Part shown: piece after piece, positions 41,333-55,529 of the stretch
How the letters are laid out: the number at the start of each line of letters is the position of its first letter
How positions within the stretch are numbered: position 1 is the stretch's first letter
From: the human T2T-CHM13v2.0 reference genome, Homo sapiens
Assembly (NCBI RefSeq): GCF_009914755.1
Contig: NC_060948.1
DNA: 64,000 nt
Strand: one strand, 5' to 3'
The notes under the pieces: generated by a model
The model's database searches: none
Told to the model about the DNA's origin: nothing
Seen by the model: only the letters and a program-made list of their open reading frames with translations
Position numbers and translations under genes: made by a program

Positions 41333-42790
41333 ATGGGAAACACTCAGGCAGCAACAGGCTGTCCCTTGAAATGCATCCTAAGCCATTGGACCAATTTGAC
41401 CCACAAACCTTGAAAAAGAGGTGACTCATTTTTTTCTGCACTACAGCTTGGCCCCAATATTCTCTCTCTGATGTGGAAAAATGGCCACCTGAGGGAAGTA
41501 CAAATTAGAATACTATCCTGCAGCTTGACCTTTTGTGTAAGAGGGAAGGCAAATGGAGGGAAATACCTTATGTCTGAGCTTTCTTTTCATTGAGGGAGAA
41601 TACACAACTATGCAGAGCTTACAATTTACATCCCACAGGAGGACCTCTCAGCTTACCCCCATATCCTAGTCTCCCTATAGCTCCCCTTCCTATGAATGAT
41701 AATCCTCCTCTAATCTCTCCCACCCAGAAGGAAATAAGCAAAGAAATCTCCAAAGGTCCACAAAAACCCCTGGGCTATCAGTTTTGTCCCCTTCAAGCTG
41801 TTAGGAGGAGGAGAATTTGGCCCAACCCGGATACATATCCCCTTCTCCCTCTCTGATTTAAAGCAGATCAAGGCAGGCCTGGGGAGATTTTCAGATGATC
41901 CTGATAGGTACATAGTTGTCCTACAGGGTCTAGGGCAAACCTTCGACCTCGCTTGGAGAGATGTCATACTACTGTTAGATCAAACCCTGGCCTTTAATGA
42001 AAAGTATGTGGCTTTAGCTGCAGCCTGAGAGTTTGGAGATACCTGGTATCTTAGTCAAGTAAATGATAGAATGACAGCTGAAGAAAGGGACAAATTCCCT
42101 ACTGGTCAGCAAGCCATCCCCAGTATGGATCCCCACTGGGACCTTGACTCAGATCATGGGGACTGGAGTCATAAATATCTGTTGACCTGTGTTCTAGAAG
42201 GACTGAGGAGAATTAGAAAAAGCCCATGAATTATTCATTGATGTCCATCATAACCCAGGGAAAGGAAGAAAATCCTTCTGCCTTCCTTGAGCGGCTATGA
42301 GAGGCCTTAAGAAAATATACTTCCATGTCACCCAAATCATTCAAGGGTCAAATGATTCTAAAAGATAAGTTTATTACCCAATCAGCTGCAGATATCAGGA
42401 GAAAGCTCCAAAAGCAAGCCCTGGGCCCTGAACAAAATCTAGAGACATTATTAAACCTGGCAACCTTGGTGTTCTATAATAGGGACCAAGAGGAACAGGC
42501 CCAAAAGGAAAAGCGAGATCAGAGAAAGGCTGCAGCCTTAGTCATGGCCCTCAGACAAACAAACCTTGGTGGTTCAGAGAGGACAGAAAATGGAGCAGGC
42601 CAGTCACCTGGTAGGGATTTTTATCACTGTGGTTTGCAAGGACACTTTTAAATAGATTATTCAGTGAGAAACAAGCTGCCCCCTCGTCCATGTCTACTAT
42701 GCCTAGGCAATCACTGGAAGGTGCACTAACCCAGAGGATGAAGGTTCCCTGGGTCAGAAGCCCCCAACCAGATGATCCAACAACAGGACT
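41333..42790 (+). pseudogene. ERV9 gag, disrupted
   Basis: MGNTQA...PLKCILSHW; capsid LKDKFITQSAADIRRKLQ; zinc-knuckle remnant CGLQGH; multiple stops. Confidence 0.88.
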
Positions 42791-45700
42791 GCGGGTGCCC
42801 AGGGCAAGCGCCAGCTCATGTCATCACCCTCACTGAGCCCCAGGTGTGTTTAACTATAGAGGGCCAGGAAATTGACTTCCTCCTGGACACTGGCGTGGCT
42901 TTTTCAATGTTAATCTCCTGTCCTGGATGACTGTCTTCAAGGTCCATTACCATCTGAGTAATCCTGGGACAGCCTTTAAACAGGTATTTCTCCCACCTCC
43001 TCAGTTGTAATTGGGAGACTTTGCTCTTTTCACATGCCTTTCTTGTTATGCCTGAAAGTCCCACACCCTTATTAGGGAGAGATATATTAGCCAAGGTGGG
43101 AGCTATTATCTACATGAGTATGGGGAACAAGTTACACATTTGTTGTCCCCTACTTGAGGAGGGAATCAACCCTGAAGTCTGGGCATTGGAAGGACAATTT
43201 GGAAGGGCAAAAAATGCCCAGCCAGTCCAAATCAGGTTAAAAGGCAATATCTCTTTTGGCCTGAAGCTCATAAAGGATTACAGAATATTGTTAAATATTT
43301 GAAAGCTCAAGGCTTGGTAAGGAAATGCAGCAGTCCCTGCAACATCCCAATTCTAGTAGTACAAAAACTGAATGGTCAGTGGAGACTAGTGCAAGATCTT
43401 AGACTCAATAATGAGGCAGTAATTCCTCTATATCCAGTTGTACCAAACCCCTATATCTTGCTCTCTCAAATACCAGAGGAAGCAGAATGGTTGATGGTTC
43501 TGGACCTCAAGGATGCCTTCTTCTGTATTCCCCTGCACTCTTTGCTTTGACTCCCAGTTCCTCTTTGCTTTTAAGGATCCCACAGACCACACACCCCAAC
43601 TTACATGGACGATCTTACCCCAAGGATTTAAGGATAGCCCTCATCTGTTTGGTCAGGCACTGGCCCAAGATCTAGGCCACCTCTCAAGTCCAGGCACTCT
43701 GGTCCTTCAATATATCGATGATTTGCTTTTGGCTACCATTTCGGAAGCCTCATGCCAGCAGGCTACTCTAGATCTCTTGAACTTTCTAGCTAATCAAGGG
43801 TACAATGTGTTTGGGTCGAAGGCCCAGCTTTGCCTACGGCAGGTCAAATATCTAGGCCTAATCTTAGCCAGAGGGACCAGGACCCTCAGCATGGAATGAA
43901 TACAGCCTATATTGGCTTATCCTCACCCTAAAACATTAAAACAGTTGCGGGGGTTCCTTGGAATTACCGGCTTTTGCTGACTAGGGATCCCTGGATACAG
44001 CAAGATAGCCAGGCCCCTCAATACTGTAAGTAAGGAAACCCAGAGGGCATCTTGTAGAATGGTAACCAGGGGCAGAAACAGCCTTCAAAACCTTAAAGCA
44101 GGCCTTAGTACAATCTCCAGCTTTAAGCCTTCCCACAGGACAAAACTTCTCTTTATACATCACAGAGAGAGCAGGGATAGCTCTTGGAGACCTTATTCAG
44201 ACTCGTGGGAAAACCCCACAACCAGTGGCATACCTAAGTAAGGAAATAGATGCAGTAGCAAAAGTCTGGCCTCACTGTTTAAAGTTAGTTGCTGCAGTGG
44301 CCGTCTTTGTGTCAGAGGCTATCAAAATAATACAAGGAAAGGATCTCACTGTCTGGACTACTCATGAGGTAAATGGCATACTAGGTGCCAAAGGAAGTTT
44401 ATGGCTATAAGACAACTGCCTCCTTAGATACCAGGTGCTACTCCTTGAGGGACCAGTGCTTCAAATATGCACGTGCATGGTCCTCAACCCTGCCACTTTT
44501 CTCCCAGAGGATGGGGAAATGATTATGCATGACTGTGAACAAAATAGTCCAGACGTATGCTGCCCAAGATGATCTTTTAGAAGTTCCCTTAACTAATCCT
44601 GATCTTAACCTATACACTGAGGAAAGTTCATTTGTGGAGAATGGGGTATGAAGGGCAGGTTATGCCATAGTTAGCGATGTAACCATACTTGAAAGTAAGC
44701 CTCTTCCCCTAGGGACCAGTGCCCAGTTAGCAGAACTAGTGGCACTTACCTGAGCCTTATAACTGGGAAAGGGAAAAAGAATAAATGTGTATATAGATAG
44801 CAAGTATGCTTATCTAATCCTACATGCTCATGATGCAATATGAAAAAGGAGGGAGTTCCCAACCTCTGGGGGAACCCCCGTTAAATACCACAAGGAAATT
44901 ATAGAGTTATTGCACACAGTGCAAAAACCCAAGGAAGTGGCAGTCTTACACTGCCAAAGCCATCAGAAAGGTGAAGGAAAGAAAGCAGAAGGAAACTGTC
45001 GGGCAGATGCTGAGGCAAAATTGCTACCAGGTGGAACCCCTTATTAGAAATACCTACAGAAGGACCTTTGGTATGGAACAACCCCCTCCAAGAAATTAAG
45101 CCCCAGTATTCCCTGACTGAAACAGAATGGGGACTTTCACAGGGGCATAATTTTCTTCCTTCAGGGTGGTTGGTAACAGAAGAAGGAAAGGTACTTATAA
45201 CTGAAGCCAGCCAGTGGAAAATACTTAAAACCCTCCACCAAACTTTTCATATAGGTATTGAAAACACTAATCAAATGGCCAAATCCCTATTTACAGGGCC
45301 AAATCTCCTCCAGACCATCCAACAGGTAGTCAAAGCCTGTGAGGTGTGCCAAAAGAATAATCCCTTGGTTCATCATAAGGACCCATTGAGGGAACAAAGA
45401 ATAGGTCACTATCCTGGAAAGGACTGGCAGTTAGACTTCTCCCATATGCCTAAGTCAAAGGGATTTCAATACTTGTTGGTCTGTGTTGATACCTTTACAA
45501 ATTGGATAGAAGCTTTCGCCTGCAAGACAGAGAAGGCTCAGGAAGTGATTAAAGTCCTAATTCATGAAATAATTCCTAGATTTGGGCTTCCCCAAAGCTT
45601 ACAGAGTGACAATGGTCCAGCTTTTAAAGCCATGATAACTCAGGGAATCTCCAGGCCACTAGGGATACAATATCATCTTCACTGCTTATGGAGGCCACAA

Positions 45701-46400
45701 TCCTCAGGGAAAGTCGAGAAGGCAAATGAAACGCTCAAGAGGCACTTAAGGAAACTAACACAAGAAACTCACCTCCCATGGCTTACTCTTTTGCCTATGG
45801 CCCTGTTGAGGATCTGAAATTCTCCTCACAAAATAGGGCTTAGTCCATATGAAATGCTGTATGGGCGACCTTTTCTCCCAGATGACCTCCTACTTGATCA
45901 GGAAATGGCCAACTTGGTGAAAGATATAACTTCTTTGGCAAAATATCAACAAAACCTTAAAAACCTACCTGAAGGTTGTCACAGAGAAAAGGGAGCAGAG
46001 TTGTTTCAACCAGGAGATCTAGTGTTGGTCAAATCTCTTCCCTCTACCTCCCCATCTCTGGACTCTTTGTGGGAAGGACCATACTTGGTAATCCTCTCTA
46101 CTCCCACTGCAGTTAACATGGCAGGAATCGAATCTTTGATTCACCACTCCTGAGTTAAACTTTGGACATCCCCTGAGGAACCTGTGGGATCATCAGCTCA
46201 GCAGTCCCAACATCAGCCAGACCAGCCTCGATACACCTGTAAACTGTTGGAGGACTTGCACCTCCTATTTCGGAAAGAAATATCCCAGACGAAAAAGGCT
46301 CCTATCCTTTTTGATCCTGTGATCAAAAGAGAAAAGTAGCAGGGTTGAGGGCCATGCACATGCGTATTTGATCCTGAGGAAAGACCTCATCCTCCTTAAA
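42791..46400 (+). pseudogene. ERV9 pro-pol (protease, RT, RNase H, integrase), disrupted
   Basis: FLLDTG, WRLVQDLR, DLKDAFF, LPQGF, YIDD; integrase ORF 45068-45817 with HxxxH-CxxC and D-D-E motifs. Confidence 0.93.
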
Positions 46401-46419
46401 AAAGGTAGGGGAAAACAGC

Positions 46420-47690
46420 ACACTAACCATACTCTTTGTGATAGGACTACATACTCTAGCTCCTGACAGAATGAAAATCCTAATCACATCAACCTTCTTT
46501 CTATCTTCCTTCCTCTTGACAGTAATTTACTCCTACCTGTAACTCAGACTAGATAAAATGATCTCGTTTTCCCTGCAGCAGTGCCGCCACCACTAGTGAA
46601 TGCCTTCTCATCCCCTTTCAATCACTCTCTCGAATGGATCCTAGTGGATAAAAAACTTTTTTTTCTCCAATGGGAAATTAGAACGCAGGGAGCCACTCAG
46701 TTTTCTCCCAACACCCCTTTCCAGCTGCTCACTGGAGGTATCTTGGCCAGTACTCTAGGAGTATGGGAAAATGAAAAGAAACTCACACACCTTTTTAGCA
46801 TACATAACCAGTTCTGTCTACCCAGCCAAGGCATATTCTTCTTATGTGGAATGTTGACCTATATGTGCCTCCCCACTAACTGGACAGGCACCTGCACCTT
46901 AGTCTTCCTAAGTCCCAACATTAACATTGCCCCAGGAAATCAGAACTTATCAGTACCCCTCAAAGCTCAAGTCCATCAGCACAGAGCCATACAACCAATA
47001 CCCCTGCTTATAGGGTTAGGAATGGCTACTGCTACCGGAACTGAAATAGCTGGTTTATCTACTTCATTATTCTACTACCACACACTCTCAAAGGATTTCT
47101 CAGAGTTTGCAAGAAATAACAAAATCTATTCTTACTTTACAATCCCAAATAGACTCTTTGGCAGCAGTGACTCTCCAAAACTGCTGAGGCCTATACCTCC
47201 TCACTACTGAGAAAGCAGGACTCTGCACCTTCTTAGGGGAAGAGTGTTGTTTTTACACTAACCATTCAGGGATAGTACGAGATGCCACCTGGTGTTTACA
47301 GGAAAAGTTTTCTGAAATCAAACAACATCTTTCAAACTCTTATACGAACCTCTGGAGTTGGGCATTATGATTTCTCCCCTTTCTAGTTCCCATGGCAGCC
47401 ATCTTGCTATTACTTGCCTTTGGACCCTGTATTTTTAACCTGCTTGTCAAATTTGTTTCCTCTAGAATTGAGGCCATCAAGCTACAGATGGTCTTACAAA
47501 TGGAACCCCAAAGGAGTTCAACTAACAACTTCTACCAAGGACCCCTGGACTGACCCCCTGGCACTTTTACTGGCCTGGAGAGCTCCCCTCAGGAGGACAC
47601 TACAACTACAGGGCCCCTTCATCACTCCTGTCCAGCAGGAAGTAGCTAGAATGGTCATCAGCCAAATTCCCAACAGCAGTTGGGGTGTCC
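46420..47690 (+). pseudogene. ERV9 env with most of SU deleted; TM remnant
   Basis: CLPTNWTGTCTLV, RAIQPIPLLIGLG fusion peptide, CTFLGEECC (CX6CC) at 47224-47250. The total length is too short for a full env. Confidence 0.88.
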
Positions 47691-47706
47691 TGTTTAGAGG
47701 GGGGAT

Positions 47707-48645
47707 GGAGAGGTGACAGAGTGCTGGCACCCCTCACAGCCCTCGCTCACTCTTGGCACCTCCTCGACCTTGGTGCCCACTCTGGCTGTGCTTAAGGAGC
47801 ACTTCAGCCCACCGCTGCACTGTGGGAGCCCCTTTCTGGGCTGATGAAGGCCAGAGCCAGCTCCCTTAGCTTGCAGGGAAGTGTGGAGGCAGAGGCGCGG
47901 CTGGGAACCAGGGCTGCATGGGGCACTTGTGGGCCAGCGCAAGTTCCCGGTGGGCGTGCACTCAGCAAGCCCTGCACTTGGAGTGGCCAGCCCACCCACA
48001 AGCCCCAGGCAGTGAGGGGCTTAGCACCTGGGCCAGCAGCTGCTGTGCTCAATTTCTTACCAGGCCTTAGCTTCCTCTCTGTGGGGCAGGGCTTGGGACC
48101 TGCAGCCCACCAAGCCTGAGCCTCTTGGATGAGTGCTGCTCCCTGCTCCATGGTGCTGAGTCCCATCGATCAGCCAAGGGCTGAGGAGTGTGACCGTGTG
48201 GCGCGCCACTGGCAGGCAGCTCCACCTGTGGTCCTGGTGCAGGATCCACTGGGTGAAGCCAGCTGAGCTCCTGAGTCTGGTGGGGACTTGAAGAACCTTT
48301 ATGTCTAGCTAAGGGATTATAAATACACCTATCAGCACTCTGTATCTAGCTCAAGGTTTGTAAACACACCAATCAGTACCCTGTGTCTAGCTCAGGGTAT
48401 GTGAATGCACCAATTGACACTCTGTATCTAGCTACTCTGGTGGGCATGTGGAGAACTTTTGTGTCAACACTCTGTATCTAGCTAATCTAGTGGGGACACG
48501 GAGAACTTTTGTGTCTAGCTCAGGGATTGTAAACGCACCAATCAGCACCCTGTCAAAACAGACCAATCAGCTCTCTGTAAAATGGACCAATCAGCAGGAT
48601 TTGGGTGGGGCCAGACAAGGGAATAAAAGCAGGCTGCCTGAGCCA
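47707..48645 (+). promoter_or_regulatory. 3' LTR12: U3 and TATA-like box retained, R/U5 missing
   Basis: Preceded by the polypurine tract agagggggga. Collinear with the 5' LTR until ...aggctgcctgagcca at 48645, then unrelated sequence. Confidence 0.92.
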
Positions 48646-49301
48646 CTGCATCTTGATGGTTTTCTGGCTCTAGACTTTGTGTCTCTACAACGTAAATGTG
48701 AAAAGTTAGCTCAGACATAGAGGAAACATTCATGCTTCTATTTTAAGTAGAAATGCCTATGTGATACTCAAAAATTCTTATTTTAGTTGTACATCAGAAA
48801 GTTCTGTTTCACCAGATCATGTTTACAGATAGAGTATGAGGCATTGATCCATGAGAGGACTTCATTCAACTAACCTTTACTGAGCACCTACTGTATGCAA
48901 TGCACCATTTCCGATGCTAAAACACTGCAAAGAGGCAGACAGAAATCCCTACCCTGATGGAATTGGCGTTCTGTGACACCTCTCTAAGTGTGTGCCCCCT
49001 TCCCTAGTGCTGTGACTTACAATTCTTTTTAAAGCCATTATTATTCTGGAGAACCCAAGGATTGCCTCTTTCTCAGAGCTCTAATGTCAATAACCCTATC
49101 ATTCTTTGTCATTAGACTTTTGCGAACTGAGGAATTCACATTTAATGAAAAATTTTAGAGCCCTTTATTTATGCCAGACACTGTGAGTTACATCTATTTG
49201 AAAAGAAAATTAGACCCATCTAATTTTTGAACCATAGTTGAAGCATATTACAGGTAAATTTTTTATCACTTAAAAATACTTTTCAGGTACTTTCTTTGTA
49301 A

Positions 49302-49725
<424 letters not shown>

Positions 49726-50429
49726 TAATATTCTAGTTACAGATTGAGACCTGCAGTCATAACCTAAAATACAAGCTCTTAGGATTTTAGTCATTGGCAA
49801 GATAAAGCTAAGGACATGATGTTTGTATAAATGACTTCCATCAAAGCAAATATCTATGAATTGATCTGTTAAAATTGAGCTCAACTCACATAAATGAGTG
49901 TGGGCATTGTTAGTCCCCATACTGGTCATTTGGGGGTGCCATTTACAATACTTTCAGGGCATTTTTAATCTAAGTTTAATTTATATTTTACTTTCTCAGA
50001 TTGCTTTTAAATACCTTATGTAATATCATGTCTTTTCACACTTTCTTCCATGTCTTAGATTATAAGGAATTATTTTCACTGTTGCCAGAATGAGTAGAGA
50101 AATAAAAGTGAATTTGAACTGGTATACCTTTGTTCACTTATTTATTCATTAAATGTTTACTGTCTGTTTATCACCTGCCAGGCACCATGCTCATCTTTGT
50201 TTATGCAACAGTGACAGCAAATAGGCATTATCTTTATAGTTATGGAGCTCTAACCAAATGGGGTTGACAGGGATTCATGAAGTAACCACAGAATCAAACA
50301 AAACATTGGGAAAGAGAGGAGTGTCTGCATGAGATAAATATGTAGAGGCAGTGGAGACCTGGAAGCCAGGCTGAGTATTAGTGTCTTTATTCAGAGGGCA
50401 GAGAAAAGCCATTCAATGACTCAAAGCCA

Positions 50430-50801
50430 ACCTTGAGATGGGGATATTACCCTTAATTATTTGGGTGGAAACGAATACAATCACAAAAGTCCTTAAAAGT
50501 AGAATAGGGAAGCAGAGTGCAAGAATCAGAGAGATGGCATGGTGTGAAGGACTCAGCCCAGTGTTGTTGACTTTGAAGCTGGTGGAAGGGCACCACCAGC
50601 CAAAGAATGCCAGAAGCCTCTAGAAACCTGAAAAGTCATGAAAATACATTCTTCCCTGGAGCCTCCAGAAAGGAGTACAGGCCTGCCTTGATTTTAGACC
50701 AGTGACACCCATTTCAGACCTCCAGAAGAGAAGACATTTATATTGTTTTAAGCATCTACACTCAAGGTAATTTGTCACAGCAGCTGTAGAAAACCAGTAC
50801 A
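50430..50801 (+). mobile_element. MLT1-type MaLR LTR fragment within L2 relic
   Basis: ttgagatggggatattacc...ccctggagcctccagaa...tttcagacctccagaa...ggtaatttgtcacagcagc. Confidence 0.7.
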
Positions 50802-51484
50802 TGAACTGATTTAAAACACACCAAACCTATTGCATTGGCTGAATTAGTATCCTTATTCTCAGATACAGGGAATGAGGCTCACTGAGGCTGTTGGAGTTGC
50901 TTGCTGAAGCCCACCTTCCTTGAAGGTTATGTGTGGGGTCAAAATTCTGCATCCTACAGCCAGAAAGAAAAGTGTGAATGCAAGGAGCAGTTGAGGTGCA
51001 GAAATCAACATGGTAGCTACAGCAAAGTTGAATTTGGAAGGCCTCCACATGGGAGAGGAAGGAGGGAGCATCAGCTCTTCAAGGGACTAGCTCAGGTGAA
51101 AGTAGATATTTGGGAGCTGTCAGCAGAAAAATTTTTCAAACCATGGGAATCAATGAAGTGATTCATGGAGGTGACACAGAGAGAAGATGAAAGTGCAGTG
51201 AACTCAGACATGGCAAGATTTAGGGCTAACAAAAGGGAGGGAACCCAAAAGGAGTGCCCCATGTGTCACTCTTGATGCTGCCTCCTATGAAAATATAATT
51301 GCATTGTAAAATATGTAAAGGATTTTTAGGATATGGAGGATCCCCAGGGCAGCCAAGCCTCCTTGTATTGCTGTAATGTAGCCACCCCAAGTCCCCTGAC
51401 TGCTCTTCACCAAAGACCTTCAGTCATCCGTCATGCTCCGTTCTCATGTCAGCACTTTGGCACGTGCTGTGTATTCCCTGCTGG

Positions 51485-51690
51485 TAGAGCATTTAAGCTG
51501 CCCAATATTGTAACCATGGCCATCTTCAGCTGTTTAAATTTAAATTAATTAAAATGAAACAGAATAAAGAATTAAATTCCTCTGTTAAACAGAGGACATG
51601 TGAAATGCTTTATAGGCACAGGTGACTAGTGTTTACCACAGACAGAACATTTCCATCACACCCGCCAGTTCTGTTGGACAGGGCTGGCTG
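51485..51690. mobile_element. MER3/MER33-like hAT DNA transposon remnant
   Basis: tttaaatttaaattaattaaaatgaaa...agaacatttccatcac...agttctgttggacag. Confidence 0.6.
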
Positions 51691-51754
51691 AGAACACCCT
51701 CCCACAGGTCTCTGCAGTGCCACTACCCACTGCTACACCTTCTTCAAGTCCTGA

Positions 51755-52160
<406 letters not shown>

Positions 52161-53370
52161 ACCTTCTGTATTTATATGTGGACTTACTACGTTCTAACAT
52201 AATATCTATCTTATCTATGTATTGTATTTATTCTCTGTTATTATTGGCCCCATTACTATGTAAAATTCAGGAGGGCAGCAGCCACTCCTGTGTGATTATT
52301 TCATTGCTGTTGAATGGAAGAACATGAACACACTCAGTGATTGACTTCAGCGTTGTGCATAGCCTATAATTCTTTTTTTAAAAAATAAACTCTTGATGTC
52401 TGCTATGTAAAAATTAAAACCTCTAGTACATGATTTCTCTTTTTGCTAAATGCCCGGAGTGCCCACTTTTATATCTGTTTGCTTTCTCGGATTTAAAGTT
52501 CTTCTTTTCTGGTTCCAAAGTGCTCAAAGCGACGTTCCCACTAGATCAACCCAATTTCATCAAAGAGTTTTCTCCTCTGAAAACCCCCATCAAACACTTG
52601 GCATGATGTTGGGGGACAAGATGTTAAATCACCTGCAAAATGGTGCCGTTTGGTGCCATTTCACACTCCTCGGACACACTGGGGTGATTAATAAACCCGA
52701 GACTGTCAAGGTCTGCTTTCCCACACTCATTGAGTTGCTTGCCGTTATTTTATCTTTTTTTCCCCCCACTTTATTGTCCAAAGTAAAGAAATGTACAGAA
52801 AATATTCCTCTTGCCCTGGGAATAAACGTGTTCAAAGGGTCAGTCTTCTGGCCTGTGTTTGAGAACACCAAGTCATATTTCAGTAGGGATCAGCCATACA
52901 GAAATGCCACGATGCGCTTGGTTAAGGGAAAGTGGGAAGCATACGTCCCTATCCTTTTGACAAAAGAACTTCTTTATGGCAATACATAACAGGAAATAAA
53001 CGTGGATAGCCAATTCTGCAAGTGTGAAGGCAATGTTTTTGTTCTTGTGTGGATTCAATAGTATCTCATCTTTATCAAAAAAAAGGTAGGATTGAGAAAC
53101 TTCTGATGATTCTCTTTTACAACAGGAATTACGAGAGATGTTGCTAGGTGTTGCCTTTCATTGTAGGGCTTTGCTTACTGTAAAAACCATGGCTAGGTTA
53201 TTCTCAAGACATCTTTGGAATCATTTTGCTATGACTTTACTAATTTTTTTTTCTACTTAGTACTTGCACTTCAACACAGGTTTTCCCTTGGCAGTATATT
53301 ACTTTTTTCCCTTACTTTGTTCTTAATGATTAAGTATTCAGAATTACTAATTATTATAATTATTAAGTAA

Positions 53371-53628
<258 letters not shown>

Positions 53629-55489
53629 TGATCTCTAGGCCAACTTGATCTGTGAACATAATTAGACAGGAGGATGTACAAACTAGACATGTCAAACAGA
53701 TAACTCATTCTCACAAATCAGCTATTGAGTAATGACTTGATAGAAGCGGAAAGCAGAATGGTCATTATATTCACTCATTCTTTTATCCATTCACACCATT
53801 GCACTGGGAGCTTACTCTGTTATCCACATGGAGCAAAACCTAAAGTGCAGAGACTAAAGACACAGTTCTTAAAGAACTCCCATATTTCAGGGGGAAATAT
53901 GTCTGAGTATGTGTGTGCTTCATCTTAACTGGACAAAAGCTTTGAATTATTTTCTGAATTTTGACATGTCACCGTGATCTAAAGGTGTAATGGTACAAGT
54001 GGATTTCTATGTGACTCTATCATTTAGCACCATGTCCCTAACTGCCATCAGCTCAGTTAGTGAAATAATCTCCCTGTCCTGTATAGCATGCACCAATATT
54101 TTGACTTTCAACTTTAAGAGAACATTAAACTCTCTGAGGATAGCAACTCTGTCAATATTGCCCAAAATGTTATTCCAAATATTTTGGGGTTCATTCATGA
54201 ATTATAGATTAGAATCAACAAACCAACACAAAATGTTTAAGAGGCCATTGTATTATACAAAGTGTATAATACACTTTTATGGAAATTTATATGTAATACC
54301 TCAGGACAGTTTAAAAAATCCAAAAACATGGCCCCAAACAGAATGTTTTGGTTTGTGACATATAACTAGAATATTTTTTTTTGAACATTTTCTAAAGCAA
54401 GCACAATATTTTAAGAACCATACCTGCTGGCATAATTTTAAGAGAGTGAGATAAAACAAGTCACTGGATTTTCAGAAATACACAGATTCTTTTTCTTTTT
54501 TACTGGACTTAATTTGTCTCATGTTCAGCAATGTTTCTCCTTTTATTTATCCTTAAATTAGCTCCAATGTTTGTGACCTTCAGTAAAATAATTAAACAGA
54601 CATTCTAAATAAGGAAGTTGATTTGAAAAGCAGAGAAAGCAATAAACAGAAGCAGGAATTATTAATATTTTTGTGGGCAGAGGGGTGAGGTTTTTGTTTT
54701 ACTTATATGTGTGTGCCTCAGAACCTTACAGAACTGGGCTTATGTCAATGCAATTCCCCAATCCTAGGCTTATCATCTTTAGGAACTCTGAAAGTGGTAA
54801 CAACTATTTGCTGAGCAGATGTAATGTATCCGGCAGAAATAAAAATCAAACTCCAGAAAAATTATCCTTCTAGGGGTGTAGAACTTATCTGTATTTAGTT
54901 TTAAGCCTTTAGATCCAATTATTATAATTTGTTTTTATGCTACAATGGAGCATCCACTAATTCACTTACTGCTGCAGATGTCTGTCTCCTATGCAACATG
55001 AAAGCAATCTTGAAATATCTGTGAAACAGGATCCTTAATAGCTAACCTTGGATTCCAATACAGTCCCATGTAAAGAGCAGATTTATTTCCAAAGAAAAGC
55101 AATTCAGACTTCCAAAGAGACATGGAGGCCTTGGCTTGGGCTTGGGTTGGGCTTGGGTTGGTCTTGCGTTGTCCAGATTGATTTGTTTCCTATTCACTGT
55201 TTGTGCTAACTGGCTGCAGAGTTGGGTGCACCCCATCTCCTGTCACCATCTGGATGAAGGGCCAGCACACCTGGAGGTCACTCCTGGTCTCTTTTGATCA
55301 TTCAGTGCTCTGTCACCTGCAGCCACTTCCACTCCTCACTTAAGTAAATCACTCAAGCCTCAGTTTTGATTTTAATTCTTGTCTCATGTTTTTCCCGTCA
55401 ACCCTGCTGCTTTCTAGCAAGATCCCCTACCCATCATCCAATGAGTACCAGAGATGTTCCATCTGTACCTTTTTTTCTCTCTTAAAATA

Positions 55490-55492
<3 letters not shown>

Positions 55493-55527
<35 letters not shown>
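55493..55527. repeat. Perfect (AC)17 microsatellite
   Basis: Read directly; adjoins an antisense Alu monomer (about 55535-55650). Confidence 0.93.

Positions 55528-55529
<2 letters not shown>

Larger units (their letters stand above)
38330..48645 (+). mobile_element. ERV9 (HERV9/LTR12) provirus, defective, 3' LTR truncated
   Basis: LTR-PBS-gag-pro-pol-env-PPT-LTR order, with recognisable RT (LPQGF, YIDD), integrase and TM motifs. Confidence 0.95.

Noticed and set aside
46581-47210. Syncytin-like domesticated env
   Set aside because: SU is largely deleted, the furin site is degenerate (HQHR), and there is a frameshift and a stop in the TM immunosuppressive region.
52450-52989. 179-aa ORF upstream of exon 10
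   Set aside because: No recognisable domain, splice context or anosmin similarity; consistent with a chance intronic ORF.
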